Under the pieces are notes generated by a model. It saw only the letters and a program-made list of their open reading frames with translations, searched no databases and was not told where the DNA came from. A stretch of DNA of 60,338 nt, filler included, from an uncultured bacterium (lineage in GTDB: Bacteria > Auribacterota > CAZIXI01), in the NCBI GenBank assembly GCA_964543115.1. It is 3 parts of 3 records of this genome, joined end to end, with 100 filler letters (N's around TTAATTAATTAA, not from the genome) between each part and the next. Parts side by side here need not be neighbours in the genome. Positions count along the whole stretch, not along the records: positions 40,476 to 60,338 come from CAZIXI010000035.1; 2 more parts are not named here. One strand, written 5' to 3'. The position numbers and the translations under genes are program-made. Shown here in pieces: positions 48,278 through 58,698 of this stretch. Positions within the stretch are counted from its first letter, which is position 1. The number at the start of each line of letters is the position of its first letter.

Positions 48278-49624
48278 ATGCTCGCGCAGTTTGCTAATAT
48301 ATTTAAAATACCGGAATTAAGGAAACGTTTGTTTTTTACGCTGGGTTTGCTCTTTGTCTTCCGGATGGGATCTTATATACCTACTCCGGGCATTGATGGT
48401 AATCAATTGGCAATGTTTTTTAAGGAATTGACCAACCGCCAGGGGAACAATCTGTTTGGTCTAATGAATTTGTTCACCGGTGGAGCGATGAATAGATGTA
48501 CGATTTTTGCTTTGGGGATTATGCCTTATATCAGCGCTTCTATTATTTTGCAGCTGTTGACGGCAGTAATTCCTTATCTGGAAAAACTCTCAAAAGAAGG
48601 GCAGGCCGGTTACCGGAAGATTAATCAGTTTACCAGATACGGAACTGTTGTGCTGGCCCTCTTTCAGGCCTTTTTTATCAGTCTCTGGCTGGAAAATCCT
48701 GCCCGGTTTAACGGGCGGGTGATTGTAGCTTATCCCGGCTGGCCGTTCAGGGTGTTAACGATGATTACCCTGGCAGCGGGTACTACATTTATTATGTGGT
48801 TAGGAGAGCAGATTACCGAGCGGGGAGTGGGTAACGGTATTTCATTGATTATTAGTGTGGGTATTATTTCCCGGTTGCCGATGGCTGTCGGATTTACGTA
48901 TACAACTTTTTTTGGCCGGGAGGTGGGCGTGACCAGGCATCCAATTGTCTTGCTGATTATGCTTGGAATTCTGGTGGCGGTGATCGCGGCGATTATTCAG
49001 CTTACTGTTGGGCAGCGTAAGATTCCTGTTCAGTACGCTAAACGGGTCGTGGGCCGTAAGGTCTACGGCGGACAAAGCACATTTATTCCTTTGAAGGTTA
49101 ATTTTGGCGGCGTGCTGCCGATCATTTTTGCCTCCAGTTTATTGATGTTTCCGGCGACGATCGGGGGATTTATGCCCGGTAATCTTTTTTTGCAGAAGAT
49201 AAGCAGTATGCTTTATCCCGGGAAATTAGTCTATAGCGTGGTTTATGTGTTAATGATTGTTTTCTTTTGTTATTTCTGGACGGCGACACAATTTAATCCC
49301 ATTCAATGGGCAGAGGATATGAAACGTAACGGAGCCTTTATTCCGGGAGTGCGTCCGGGACAGGCTACCGCTCAATTCCTAGATTATACAATGACCAGGA
49401 TCACCCTGGCCGGCGGTATTTTTCTGGCGACGGTTGCGGTATTTCCCTCTATCATCGGTAATTGGTTCGGTCTTCCTTACTTGATTACCCAGTTTTTTGG
49501 CGGTACGGGAATGTTGATCGTTGTCGGTGTTATGCTGGAAACTATCCGTCAAATAGAGTCACATCTGGTCATGCGTAATTACGAGGGTTTTCTTCGTAAA
49601 GGCAAACGCTTTAAAGGAAGATAA
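48278..49624 (+). CDS. secY: Preprotein translocase subunit SecY
   Basis: IFALGIMPYISASII, WLGEQITERGVGNGISL, RKIPVQY, GAFIPGVRPG, FGGTG. Confidence 0.98.
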   Translation: MLAQFANIFKIPELRKRLFFTLGLLFVFRMGSYIPTPGIDGNQLAMFFKELTNRQGNNLFGLMNLFTGGAMNRCTIFALGIMPYISASIILQLLTAVIPYLEKLSKEGQAGYRKINQFTRYGTVVLALFQAFFISLWLENPARFNGRVIVAYPGWPFRVLTMITLAAGTTFIMWLGEQITERGVGNGISLIISVGIISRLPMAVGFTYTTFFGREVGVTRHPIVLLIMLGILVAVIAAIIQLTVGQRKIPVQYAKRVVGRKVYGGQSTFIPLKVNFGGVLPIIFASSLLMFPATIGGFMPGNLFLQKISSMLYPGKLVYSVVYVLMIVFFCYFWTATQFNPIQWAEDMKRNGAFIPGVRPGQATAQFLDYTMTRITLAGGIFLATVAVFPSIIGNWFGLPYLITQFFGGTGMLIVVGVMLETIRQIESHLVMRNYEGFLRKGKRFKGR

Positions 49625-50277
49625 TGAGAGTAATATTGCTGGGGCCTCCTGGTGCGGGGAAAGGAACTCAGGCGGAATTGTTTGTCGAGACCTGGGGTTT
49701 AGAGCATATATCTTCCGGCGATATTTTTCGCAAACATATCAAAGAAAAAACGCAGCTTGGTTTAAAGATAAAAGAGTATGTGGATAGCGGCGGGCTTGTA
49801 CCCGATGATATTGTCGTGGAAGTCGTTGTCCAAAAGATAAATGAGTTGGGGAAAGAGAAAGGATTTATTTTAGACGGATTTCCCCGGACCTTGAATCAGG
49901 CAAAAATACTCGACGAACAGCTCAGTAGATTAGGTATTGATATTGATAAGGTTTTTTATCTTGATGCCACAGAAGAGATAATTGTTATAAGGCTGAGCGT
50001 CAGGCGGATTTGTAAGGATTGCGGTACCGGTTATCATTTGGTTAATTTGCCGCCGAAGAAAACAGGGATCTGTGATCGTTGCGGCGGCCAATTATATCAA
50101 CGGCCGGATGATATGTCGGCAACGATTCAGAATCGTTTGCATGTTTACGAACAGCAGACGGCGGAATTGATAGAATATTATCGCCAAAAAGGTATCTTGG
50201 CGACCGTAAATAGTGATCTTTCTAAAGACGAAACATTTGTTCTTGTTCGGCAGATTATCCAGACCGTCAGGCAATAG
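49624..50277 (+). CDS. adk: Adenylate kinase with zinc-binding LID
   Basis: GPPGAGKGTQ, LDGFPRT, CKDC..CDRC, RPDD. Confidence 0.97.
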   Translation: MRVILLGPPGAGKGTQAELFVETWGLEHISSGDIFRKHIKEKTQLGLKIKEYVDSGGLVPDDIVVEVVVQKINELGKEKGFILDGFPRTLNQAKILDEQLSRLGIDIDKVFYLDATEEIIVIRLSVRRICKDCGTGYHLVNLPPKKTGICDRCGGQLYQRPDDMSATIQNRLHVYEQQTAELIEYYRQKGILATVNSDLSKDETFVLVRQIIQTVRQ

Positions 50278-50284
50278 TGCGGCA

Positions 50285-51028
50285 ATGATAATATTGAGAT
50301 CAGCCACTGAGATTGAGAAGATGCGGCAAAGTGGAAAGATCGCCGGCGCTATCTTGGCGGAGTTGGGTAAACGCATAAAGCCGGGAATGGTAACCGGGGA
50401 GCTTGATCGTCTAGCCGTTAGTTTGATGAATGAAACAGGCTGTCGGTCAGCTTTTAAGGGTTATCACGGATATCCAGCCAATATTTGTGTTTCTGTTAAC
50501 GATATCGTCGTTCACGGCATTCCGGGGACACGGGCGCTTAAGAATGGTGATCTTGTTTCGATTGATGTGGGCATTGTGAAGGATGGCTACTATGGAGACA
50601 CTGCCGCAACTTTTACCGTGGGGAATATCGAAGCGGAAGCGGCCAGGCTGATTCAGGTAACTGCCCGGTCACTTGCACATGCTATTAATAAGGCCCGGGA
50701 AGGTAACCGGCTGGGTGATGTTTCACATGCCGTTCAGTCTTTTGTCGAAGGCGAAGGGTTTTCAGTTGTCCGTGATTTTGTCGGTCACGGGATCGGCACC
50801 CAAATGCACGAGGAGCCGCAGATACCTAATTTTGGCAGCCCGCATAAGGGGCCGTTACTGAAGTCCGGTATGGTTCTGGCAATTGAACCAATGATCAATT
50901 GCGGTACCTATAAGGTTGTGGTGGACAGGGACGGCTGGACAGTAAGGACAAAGGATAGAAAAAATTCTGCTCATTTTGAGCATACAATAGCGATTACAGA
51001 AAACGGACCGGATATATTAACGAAATAG
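50285..51028 (+). CDS. map: Methionine aminopeptidase type I
   Basis: [38 protein letters not shown]. Start moved to ATG 50285. Confidence 0.97.
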   Translation: MIILRSATEIEKMRQSGKIAGAILAELGKRIKPGMVTGELDRLAVSLMNETGCRSAFKGYHGYPANICVSVNDIVVHGIPGTRALKNGDLVSIDVGIVKDGYYGDTAATFTVGNIEAEAARLIQVTARSLAHAINKAREGNRLGDVSHAVQSFVEGEGFSVVRDFVGHGIGTQMHEEPQIPNFGSPHKGPLLKSGMVLAIEPMINCGTYKVVVDRDGWTVRTKDRKNSAHFEHTIAITENGPDILTK

Positions 51029-51051
51029 GATGTGCTGCGGAGCGATTTATT

Positions 51052-51270
51052 ATGCCGAGAAAAGATGCGGTAAAAGTTGATGGGGTGGTCAGGGAGCTGC
51101 TTCCCAACACAATGTTTCGTGTCGAACTTGAAAACGGGCATATTATTCTTTGCCATATATCAGGCAAATTAAGATTACATTTTGTAAAAATATTACCGGG
51201 GGATAAAGTATCGGTGGAATTATCTCCTTATGATTTAACTAAGGGAAGAATCGTTTATCGGTTAAGATAA
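51052..51270 (+). CDS. infA: Translation initiation factor IF-1
   Basis: [34 protein letters not shown]. Confidence 0.98.
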   Translation: MPRKDAVKVDGVVRELLPNTMFRVELENGHIILCHISGKLRLHFVKILPGDKVSVELSPYDLTKGRIVYRLR

Positions 51271-51278
51271 GGTAAAAA

Positions 51279-51392
51279 ATGAAGGTAAAGGCATCAATTA
51301 AAAGATTATGTGAAAAGTGTCGGATAGTGAAAAGGAAAGGGGTTAAACGAGTTATTTGTTCTAATCCCCGGCACAAACAACGTCAAGGCTAG
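51279..51392 (+). CDS. rpmJ: 50S ribosomal protein L36 (not in ORF track)
   Basis: [37 protein letters not shown]. Confidence 0.97.
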   Translation: MKVKASIKRLCEKCRIVKRKGVKRVICSNPRHKQRQG

Positions 51393-51427
51393 AACGCTGC
51401 TATTTGCGTTATCAAAGGAGAGAAGGT

Positions 51428-51820
51428 ATGCCCAGGATTGTTGGAGTTGATATTCCAAAAGAGAAAAGGATAGAGGCCTCTTTGCAGTACATATATGGTA
51501 TCGGGTTGACCAGTGCCCGGGAAATACTTAATGAAGTCGGTGTCGATCCCGGCATGCGGGCGAAGGATTTGAGCGATGAACAGGTCAGTAAGATAGCGGC
51601 GTGTATTTCCAGAGAGTATAAGGTGGAAGGGGATTTGCGCCGGGAAACTACGCAGGACGTTAAACGTCTGATCGGAATCGGTTCTTTTCGCGGCTTTCGA
51701 CATCGCCGGGGTTTGCCTGTGCGCGGACAGCGAACCAGAACTAATGCCCGTACACGCAAGGGGCCGCGCAAGACTGTAGGAGTTAAACGCAAAGGGAGCA
51801 TGCTTAAGCCGGGAGGATAA
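51428..51820 (+). CDS. rpsM: 30S ribosomal protein S13
   Basis: [37 protein letters not shown]. Confidence 0.98.
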   Translation: MPRIVGVDIPKEKRIEASLQYIYGIGLTSAREILNEVGVDPGMRAKDLSDEQVSKIAACISREYKVEGDLRRETTQDVKRLIGIGSFRGFRHRRGLPVRGQRTRTNARTRKGPRKTVGVKRKGSMLKPGG

Positions 51821-51875
51821 TCTGTTCCTTGGTTAGCTCTGCTGTGGAAATGATAGTTATTTCAGGAGGTAAGTA

Positions 51876-52268
51876 ATGGTCAAACAAGGTTCCAAGAAAG
51901 CGAAGCGCAAAATAACCCGTCAGGTGCCCGTTGGGATTGCTCATATTCAGGCTACTTTTAATAATACCTTAGTTACTATAACGGATTTACAAGGGAATGT
52001 TGTTGCCTGGTCTAATGCCGGAAAGCTGGGCTATAAGGGAGCGCGCAAAAGTACTGCTTTCGCCGCTCAAAAGATAGCTCAACAGTGCGGCAAAGAAGCA
52101 ATGGACAATGGAATGCGCGAACTTAAGGTGTTTGTAAAAGGTCCGGGTGCCGGAAGGGAATCGGCAATCAGGGCTTTGCAGGCTATCGGCTTGAATATTA
52201 CTCATATTCGTGATGTCACCCCCGTACCGCATAATGGGTGCCGGCCGCCTAAAAGAAGAAGAGTCTGA
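51876..52268 (+). CDS. rpsK: 30S ribosomal protein S11
   Basis: [42 protein letters not shown]. Confidence 0.98.
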   Translation: MVKQGSKKAKRKITRQVPVGIAHIQATFNNTLVTITDLQGNVVAWSNAGKLGYKGARKSTAFAAQKIAQQCGKEAMDNGMRELKVFVKGPGAGRESAIRALQAIGLNITHIRDVTPVPHNGCRPPKRRRV

Positions 52269-52274
52269 TTAACA

Positions 52275-52341
52275 ATTGCGGATTTCAGATTTTGGATTTC
52301 AGATTTTAAAATCCGCAATCTGAAATCTAAAATCTAAAATT
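52275..52341. repeat. Inverted repeat built from 7-bp periodic units
   Basis: TTGCGGATTTCAGATTTTGGATTTCAGATTTT / AAAATCCGCAATCTGAAATCTAAAATCTAAAAT between rpsK and rpsD; boundaries approximate. Confidence 0.7.
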
Positions 52342-52357
52342 GGAACATGGAGGAAAT

Positions 52358-52984
52358 ATGCCAAGATACAGAGATACATTGTGTAAATTATGTCGTCGTG
52401 AGGGGACTAAACTCTATTTAAAAGGGACCAAATGTGATTCAGCCAAGTGTACCCTGGAACGGCGTAATTTTGCCCCTGGTCAACATGGTAAGCGGCGTTC
52501 TAAGCTTTCTGAGTATGGAATGCAGCTTCGCGAGAAACAGAAATTACGCAGGATCTACGGAGTGCGGGAACATCAGTTCGGGCTGTATTTTAAAAAGGCC
52601 AGCAGGAAAAAAGGTGTTACCGGGCACAATCTCCTGCAACTCTTAGAAACAAGGCTCGATAACGTAACTTTTCGGATGGGGTTTTGTACTGGCCGACAGT
52701 CTGCGCGTCAATTCGTCCGCCATGGCCATGTGCTGATTAATGGTAAGAAGGTTGATATTCCCTCTTATCTGCTAAAGGAAGGGGATGTGCTCATGGTTAA
52801 GGGCAAAGATAAGATTAAGAAGGCTATCGCTAACAATTTAGAAATAACCTCCAGCCGCCTGATTCCTGAATGGATCCAGCTGGATAAAGATAATCAGAGA
52901 GGAAAGATATTGCGTATGCCTAAACGGGCAGATGTGAATATTCCCGTAGATGAACATCTGATTGTCGAACTGTATTCTAAATAA
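52358..52984 (+). CDS. rpsD: 30S ribosomal protein S4 (Cys/zinc type)
   Basis: [39 protein letters not shown] 52358 after GGAGG. Confidence 0.98.
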   Translation: MPRYRDTLCKLCRREGTKLYLKGTKCDSAKCTLERRNFAPGQHGKRRSKLSEYGMQLREKQKLRRIYGVREHQFGLYFKKASRKKGVTGHNLLQLLETRLDNVTFRMGFCTGRQSARQFVRHGHVLINGKKVDIPSYLLKEGDVLMVKGKDKIKKAIANNLEITSSRLIPEWIQLDKDNQRGKILRMPKRADVNIPVDEHLIVELYSK

Positions 52985-53010
52985 CACTCGCGTTTAAAAG
53001 GAGGAGTTTT

Positions 53011-54024
53011 ATGGGGATTATATTAGGTCGCTTAGAGATGCCCAAAGGGGTTGTTAAGGATGCGGCATCGTCAGCAGATAATTACGATAAGTTTATTGCC
53101 GAGCCTTTTGAACGCGGGTATGGTATTACAGTAGGCAACGGATTAAGAAGAGTACTGCTCTCCTCTATTGAGGGAGCGGCGGTGACTTCCATTAAGGTTG
53201 AAGGTGTATTGCACGCTTTTTCCACTATTCCCGGCGTTGTTGAAGACGTAACCGAAATTATACTTAATATAAAAAAGTTGAAATTACGGTTGCTGACCCG
53301 TGAGCCGCGTAAGCTTATTCTCAAGGTTGAGAAGAAGGGAAAGGTTACGGCCGGTGATATTACTCCGGATAGTGTTGTGGAGATTGTTAATCCGGATATG
53401 CACATAGCGACTTTGGATAAAAAAATTAATCTGGAAATGGAACTTGAAGTGAAGATCGGCCGCGGTTACCGGCCGGCGGAAGATAATAAGGAGGCCGATC
53501 AGCCTATCGGTACAATTCCTATTGATTCTATTTTTTCACCGATTTCAAAGGTGAATTATCATGTGGAGAATACCCGTGTCGGTCAGCGTACGGATTATGA
53601 CAAACTTATCCTGGAGATATGGACTGATGGCCGGATATCACCGAGTGATGCGCTGACGCAGTGCTCTGCTGTTCTGCGGGAACATCTTAATCCATTTGTC
53701 GACTTTGGCAAAACAGAGATAACGTTTGAAGTAGAAGAATCGAAACCCAAGGAAGAGAACCGCTTGAAAAAATTAATTAATACCAGCATCGATGAAATTG
53801 AGCTTTCGGTTCGTTCTTCTAATTGCATCAAGAGTGCTAACATTAAAACAATCGGGGATTTGGTAAGCAGAACGGAAGCGGAAATGCTCAAGTACAGGAA
53901 TTTTGGGAAAAAGTCTTTAAATGAGATTAAAAAGGTCCTCAATGGTTTGGGCCTTAGTCTGGGGATGAATATGGATGATGTCGCTCAGGTTGAAAAGGAA
54001 GAAAAGCCGAGTATTGAATTATAA
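53011..54024 (+). CDS. rpoA: RNA polymerase alpha subunit
   Basis: EPFERGYGITVGNGLRRVLLSS, RVGQRTDYDKL, LSVRSSNC, NFGKKSLNEI. Confidence 0.98.
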   Translation: MGIILGRLEMPKGVVKDAASSADNYDKFIAEPFERGYGITVGNGLRRVLLSSIEGAAVTSIKVEGVLHAFSTIPGVVEDVTEIILNIKKLKLRLLTREPRKLILKVEKKGKVTAGDITPDSVVEIVNPDMHIATLDKKINLEMELEVKIGRGYRPAEDNKEADQPIGTIPIDSIFSPISKVNYHVENTRVGQRTDYDKLILEIWTDGRISPSDALTQCSAVLREHLNPFVDFGKTEITFEVEESKPKEENRLKKLINTSIDEIELSVRSSNCIKSANIKTIGDLVSRTEAEMLKYRNFGKKSLNEIKKVLNGLGLSLGMNMDDVAQVEKEEKPSIEL

Positions 54025-54036
54025 TAAGGATAAGTT

Positions 54037-54456
54037 ATGAGACATAGAAAGAAAACAATAAAGCTGGGAAGAATGACAAGTCATCGTAAGGCCATGTTGA
54101 ATAATATGGTGGCCAGTGTGATCAATCACAAAAGGATTCAGACGACCTTGCCTAAGGCACGCGCAGTTGTTCCTCTACTGGATAAGCTTATCACCTGGGG
54201 AAAACGCGGGACCCTGCATGATCGCCGTTTGGCGTATGCCGTGCTTAAAGATCGTACATTGGTCGGAAAACTATTTACGGAAGTTGCGCCTGAACTGAGT
54301 GAACGCAGCGGCGGCTATGCCAGAATAGCCAAAACCGGAATGCGTGCGGGAGATAATGCCCAGATGGCCATTCTTGAACTTATTGGGTTAGAACCCGCGC
54401 CTGTAGAAGAAAAGAAACAGAAAAAGAAAGATAAAAAAGAGAAAAAGAAATCTTAA
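54037..54456 (+). CDS. rplQ: 50S ribosomal protein L17
   Basis: MRHRK..LGR..SHRKAM, TTLPKA, RSGGYARI, RAGDNA. Confidence 0.98.
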   Translation: MRHRKKTIKLGRMTSHRKAMLNNMVASVINHKRIQTTLPKARAVVPLLDKLITWGKRGTLHDRRLAYAVLKDRTLVGKLFTEVAPELSERSGGYARIAKTGMRAGDNAQMAILELIGLEPAPVEEKKQKKKDKKEKKKS

Positions 54457-54470
54457 CACACCTTCCGAAC

Positions 54471-54507
54471 CCCCACACCGGCAGACTGCCGGTGTGGGGT
54501 TAATTTT
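54471..54507 (+). terminator. Intrinsic terminator at the end of the ribosomal superoperon
   Basis: CCCCACACCGGCAG-A-CTGCCGGTGTGGGG perfect 14-bp arms followed by TTAATTTT. Confidence 0.8.
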
Positions 54508-54517
54508 ACCGGCTGCC

Positions 54518-57157
54518 ATGCCTATAAACAAACCGCGATTATTGATTCTTTGTGCATTAATCTTTACGTTGCCCTGTTTATCTACTTTTGTTCTTGCCAG
54601 TGGTTATCATTCTGCCGTAGAAAAGTATAAATTACCCAATCAGTTTACCGTAATCTTAGAACCTGACCATTCCATCGAGTTGGTGACTATCCAGATTTGG
54701 ATTCGTAGCGGCAGCGCTTATGAAGGAGATTTCCTGGGCTCCGGCATTAGCCATCTGATTGAGCATATGGTTTTTAAAGGATCGGAAGCGCAGGCTTCAG
54801 TTGCCTTATCCCGCCGATTTCAGGAACTGGGAGGTGAGTTGAATGCCTTTACTTCTAAGGAGTATACCGGGTTTACGGTTACCGTGCCCAAGGATAATTT
54901 AGAGCAAACCCTGGAGTTGGTGCATGCTGTTATCGTCAAGGCAGAATTTCCTGAAAAGGAACTGGTAAAAGAGAAGAAAGTCATTCATCATGAAATGGCT
55001 TCAATAAATGATAATCACCATAAATATCTGGCCCAGAGTATCAGGGAAACCGCTTTCCAGGGCCATCCTTATGGGGAACCGATTATTGGCTACCGGCTTA
55101 TTTTTGATAAACTTGACCGCAATATGGTCATGGATTATTATTATTCGAATTATATTCCCCAAAATATTGTTCTGGTAATGGCAGGTGATTTTCAACCCGC
55201 GGTCGTAAAGCCGTTTATTAACGAGATGTGGAGCACTTTACCGGCAACCAGTTTCATGCCCGTTTTGATACCTTCAGCGCCGGCTGTGCGGGGTCCTACG
55301 CGTAAACTATTCCCGCGAAAAATTGCCCAACCTTATTTTGTAGCTGGTTTTTACGGCCCGGCAATTTCATCCCCGGATATGTTTGCCATGGATGTCCTGG
55401 CGGAGATCTTTGGTAAAGGAAAAGATTCCCGGATCGTCAGGAAACTGCGTGATCAGTTAGGCTGGGTAACTTCTGTCAGTGCCTGGTCCTATACACCCAC
55501 CCAGACAGGTATTTGGGGGGTAAGCGCTGATTTGAGAATCGGGCAATGGGGGAAAGTACTTAAGGTTCTGCTTAAGGAACTCTATCAATTACGGTTTCAA
55601 TTGGTTAGTGAAGAAGAATTACGGAAGGCCAAAAAGCGGATTGAAAGAAGCTACCTTGCCGGGCTGGAAACTATTAGCGGCAAGGCCTATGATTTGGCGA
55701 CAAACGAGATTTATGCCAGAAATCCGGAATTTACCGTTACATATCTAAGGGGAATCAATAAGGTGACCAGAGAAGATCTGCGCCATGCGGCGCGGAAGTA
55801 TTTTAATAAGGAGTTGTTTACTTTCTGTATGTTAGAGCCGGAAACGCCCATCGTGGAAAAAGATAAGCAGGGAAAAGAGAAGTCAGTACCGGTTATTTCA
55901 GAGGACAAACTGAAAAATGGTTTGCGAATTCTGTTGAGAACGGATAATAGTTTGCCGTTAGTGACCATGCGCCTGGTGGCGCTGGGCGGTTTGTTAGATG
56001 AGCCGGTGCCGGGATTGAGCCGGTTTTACAGTCAGCTTTGGCTGCAGGTGAACCCCCGGTTAGTAAAAAAAATAGAAGAATGCGGTGGGGGTATTTCTGC
56101 TTACAGCGGCAATAATAGTTTCGGTTTTAGCATTCAGGTCCTGAAAGAGGATGTTGAACTTGCGCTCGATGTGGCTAAAGAATTGATTCTGTCACTGCCG
56201 TTAACCAAAGAGAAGATGGAATTGGTGCGCCAGATTCAACTTGCCCAGATAAAACAGGAAGAGGAAATGCCCTATAGCTATACGTTTAAACTGGCTAAAG
56301 GTACTTTTTATGGTCTTCACCCGTACAGCAATCCTATTTTAGGGACCGCTGAGTCAGTTGCCGGTATTACCGAAAAGGAGATAGTTGATTTTAAAGAAAA
56401 GTTTCTTGTGCCCGCGAATATGGTGTTGGCGATTTTTGGTGAGCTGGATGAACAATCAATAAAGGAGCAGACGGAAAGGGTGTTTGGCAGTTTACCCGTC
56501 CGGATATTTGAGTCGAAGAAAGATTTTCCTGCCGTCCAGCCGGAGATAAACGAGAAGATGGGTCAGCTGGCAACAAAAGATTCCATTGTCCTTCTTGCCT
56601 ATCCGGGAACGACATTTTATCTTGAAGATAGGCTGGCGCTGGAGATTATTGAAAAGCTTTTTTCCGGGATGGCCGGCCGCCTCTTTCAGGCAATTAGAGA
56701 AGATGAGGCGCTTTCCTACAGCGTCGGGGCGCTGAATTTTGTCGGCCGGGAGCCGGGTTTGTTTATGTTTTATGCCACTACCGCTCCGGCCGAGGCGGAA
56801 AGGGCTGTTGGTCTCCTGAAGAAAGAGATTGACCGTCTAAAGACCGACGGGATCGGGCAGGAAGAGTTGAACAGGGTAAAGAACGGTATTATAACTAGTC
56901 TGCAGCAGCAATGGGAGAGTGCCAGCGGCCTTTCCCTGGAGGCTGCCCTGGATGAGTTGTACGGTTTGGGATATAACTATTACCAGCGTTATTTGAAGAA
57001 GATTGCCGCGGTGACGGCCAAAGATGTAAAACACGTGGCGAATAAGTATTTTCGGGATGATTGGTATACGCAGGTTATTGTCGGACCGGGAGGCGGAACT
57101 GCTGCCGGTGATCAGCAGGCAGAAATCAATGACAATAATGCGTTAACGGTTAAATAG
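54518..57157 (+). CDS. M16 (pitrilysin/insulinase) family zinc peptidase, fused two-half form, probable signal peptide
   Basis: GISHLIEHMVFKGS (HxxEH), NAFTS, IRDEALSY-like IREDEALSY. Start moved to ATG 54518 because the 54494 GTG lies inside the terminator. Confidence 0.92.
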   Translation: MPINKPRLLILCALIFTLPCLSTFVLASGYHSAVEKYKLPNQFTVILEPDHSIELVTIQIWIRSGSAYEGDFLGSGISHLIEHMVFKGSEAQASVALSRRFQELGGELNAFTSKEYTGFTVTVPKDNLEQTLELVHAVIVKAEFPEKELVKEKKVIHHEMASINDNHHKYLAQSIRETAFQGHPYGEPIIGYRLIFDKLDRNMVMDYYYSNYIPQNIVLVMAGDFQPAVVKPFINEMWSTLPATSFMPVLIPSAPAVRGPTRKLFPRKIAQPYFVAGFYGPAISSPDMFAMDVLAEIFGKGKDSRIVRKLRDQLGWVTSVSAWSYTPTQTGIWGVSADLRIGQWGKVLKVLLKELYQLRFQLVSEEELRKAKKRIERSYLAGLETISGKAYDLATNEIYARNPEFTVTYLRGINKVTREDLRHAARKYFNKELFTFCMLEPETPIVEKDKQGKEKSVPVISEDKLKNGLRILLRTDNSLPLVTMRLVALGGLLDEPVPGLSRFYSQLWLQVNPRLVKKIEECGGGISAYSGNNSFGFSIQVLKEDVELALDVAKELILSLPLTKEKMELVRQIQLAQIKQEEEMPYSYTFKLAKGTFYGLHPYSNPILGTAESVAGITEKEIVDFKEKFLVPANMVLAIFGELDEQSIKEQTERVFGSLPVRIFESKKDFPAVQPEINEKMGQLATKDSIVLLAYPGTTFYLEDRLALEIIEKLFSGMAGRLFQAIREDEALSYSVGALNFVGREPGLFMFYATTAPAEAERAVGLLKKEIDRLKTDGIGQEELNRVKNGIITSLQQQWESASGLSLEAALDELYGLGYNYYQRYLKKIAAVTAKDVKHVANKYFRDDWYTQVIVGPGGGTAAGDQQAEINDNNALTVK

Positions 57158-57168
57158 GGGATGGAGAA

Positions 57169-57675
57169 ATGAGTTGGAATATAGCAGGATGCAGTACTAA
57201 GTGTGCAAAATGCAGTAAGGAGTTTGAAGACGATAATCATTATCATTGCCGGTTGTCTTTAGCCGTCGATGGCCCGCAGAGAGAAGATTATTGCGCTCAA
57301 TGCTGGGAAGAGATAGAAGTGAAGTCTGTTGAAAAATATTCATATTGGCAAGGGCGGTATAAATCCAAGCCGGTACAGGTGAAAGAGGAGCCGATAAAAG
57401 AAGATGTTTCGAAACGCCTCTTAAAAAAATGGATCGATTCAACGGAGCGTCTTCATCAGTGTTTTTGCTATATCCTGTCATTGATGCTTTTGCGGAAAAA
57501 GAGTTTTCAGCAGAAACCTTCCTTGAAAACCGATCAGGGTAAAGAACAGCTTGTTTATGAAGACCGGGAGACCGGTGAGACCTATGTTTTAGAGGATCCC
57601 AGATTAACCCTGCAGGAACTGGATCAGGTGGAAGGCCAGTTGCAGGAGATGCTAAAAAAGGAATTAGAGGACTGA
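57169..57675 (+). CDS. Hypothetical protein with N-terminal Cys cluster (possible zinc binding)
   Basis: CSTKCAKC..REDYCAQCW; good RBS; translationally coupled to the next ORF. Confidence 0.7.
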   Translation: MSWNIAGCSTKCAKCSKEFEDDNHYHCRLSLAVDGPQREDYCAQCWEEIEVKSVEKYSYWQGRYKSKPVQVKEEPIKEDVSKRLLKKWIDSTERLHQCFCYILSLMLLRKKSFQQKPSLKTDQGKEQLVYEDRETGETYVLEDPRLTLQELDQVEGQLQEMLKKELED

Positions 57676-58514
57676 TGAATATTAAATTACTGTCGGGATT
57701 ATGTCTGGTCTTAGTAGTTGCGGCACTTTTTTCCCCGGCTGTTTTAGCGGAAACATATGCTGAAGAGGAGATGGTAGTTGATTATATTGACGGAAAGATT
57801 TCTATCCGGGCCAGTAATGCCTTTCTCGCTGATTTGTTTGATGAAATATATTATGCGGCAGATGTGGAGTTCCAATACGATCAGGACACAATCCCGGAAA
57901 AAATTAAGTCCGTGAAGATCGACCAGCAGGACTTGCGCTCAGGGATCAAGGCCCTGCTGCAACAGGCTGGAATAAAAAATTATTCTTTTCAAACTGATGG
58001 AGAAGGAACGACTGTTGCGGTAGAAATCTTGGCGAATATGAAGTCAGAGTCCGCTCCTGATCCGGCAGATTCAACGGCTAAGAAGCAGAGAGAACAAAAT
58101 GCGCAGCAGCCGGAATACAAGGAAGAAGAATACACTGATTTAGGGGAAGAAGAGGGTCCGATTTTTACCCGCCGCGAAAGGTACATTCATCCTGAGGAGG
58201 AGAAACCGGTTGTAACCGAGGAGCCTGCTGTTGCCGCAGAGGAAGAGACAACTGTTAGTGAAGCAGAACCCGCTCCACAAAAAATATTTAATGTGATCGG
58301 ATATTACGGGGAGCAGGAATCTACTGAGGCAAAGAGGTCTTCTCCGGAAAAAGAAGAGCGGCAGACTTATACCAGTCCGCTGCCGGATATGAGTGATCAA
58401 TACCGTCCGCCGGGAGCTCCCCAAAAGAAAACGGAAGATGAAAATACCACTCAGGAACAAGAAGGGCCCTTACCGGACATGAGTGATCAATACCACCCGC
58501 CCGGAACGAAATAA
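57675..58514 (+). CDS. Secreted hypothetical protein with STN-like N-terminal domain and acidic low-complexity tail
   Basis: Signal peptide ..AVLA-E; ISIRASNAFLADLFDEI..VEF..ISVKI..LRSGIKALL resembles secretin/TonB N-domains; duplicated PLPDMSDQYxPPG motif. Confidence 0.6.
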   Translation: MNIKLLSGLCLVLVVAALFSPAVLAETYAEEEMVVDYIDGKISIRASNAFLADLFDEIYYAADVEFQYDQDTIPEKIKSVKIDQQDLRSGIKALLQQAGIKNYSFQTDGEGTTVAVEILANMKSESAPDPADSTAKKQREQNAQQPEYKEEEYTDLGEEEGPIFTRRERYIHPEEEKPVVTEEPAVAAEEETTVSEAEPAPQKIFNVIGYYGEQESTEAKRSSPEKEERQTYTSPLPDMSDQYRPPGAPQKKTEDENTTQEQEGPLPDMSDQYHPPGTK

Positions 58515-58554
58515 TAGATACCACCTAATCTGAATTCGCTAGAACAAAAACTTT

Positions 58555-58660
58555 TAACGCAGAGATCGCTGAGGGGCTTCGCCCTCGCAGAGATCGCAAG
58601 AATATATTTATATAATTAATTCTCTGCGTCCTTTGCGATTTTTCTGCGTTCTCTGCGTTA
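58555..58660. terminator. CGCAGAG-type long inverted repeat between convergent genes (probable bidirectional terminator)
   Basis: TAACGCAGAGATCGC.. / ..TTCTGCGTTCTCTGCGTTA followed by an A-tract; same unit as 24877-24942. Confidence 0.7.
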
Positions 58661-58698
58661 AAAAAAACTTAATGTGTTTTTGTAAGAGTATAGATTAT

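Noticed and set aside
44074..53942. Long antisense or alternative-frame ORFs over ribosomal genes (e.g. 44074-44583, 44915-45517, 46424-46798, 53082-53405) and similar shadows inside the giant genes
   Set aside because: Fully overlapped by well-supported genes, with no recognisable motifs or RBS; expected by-products of codon bias.
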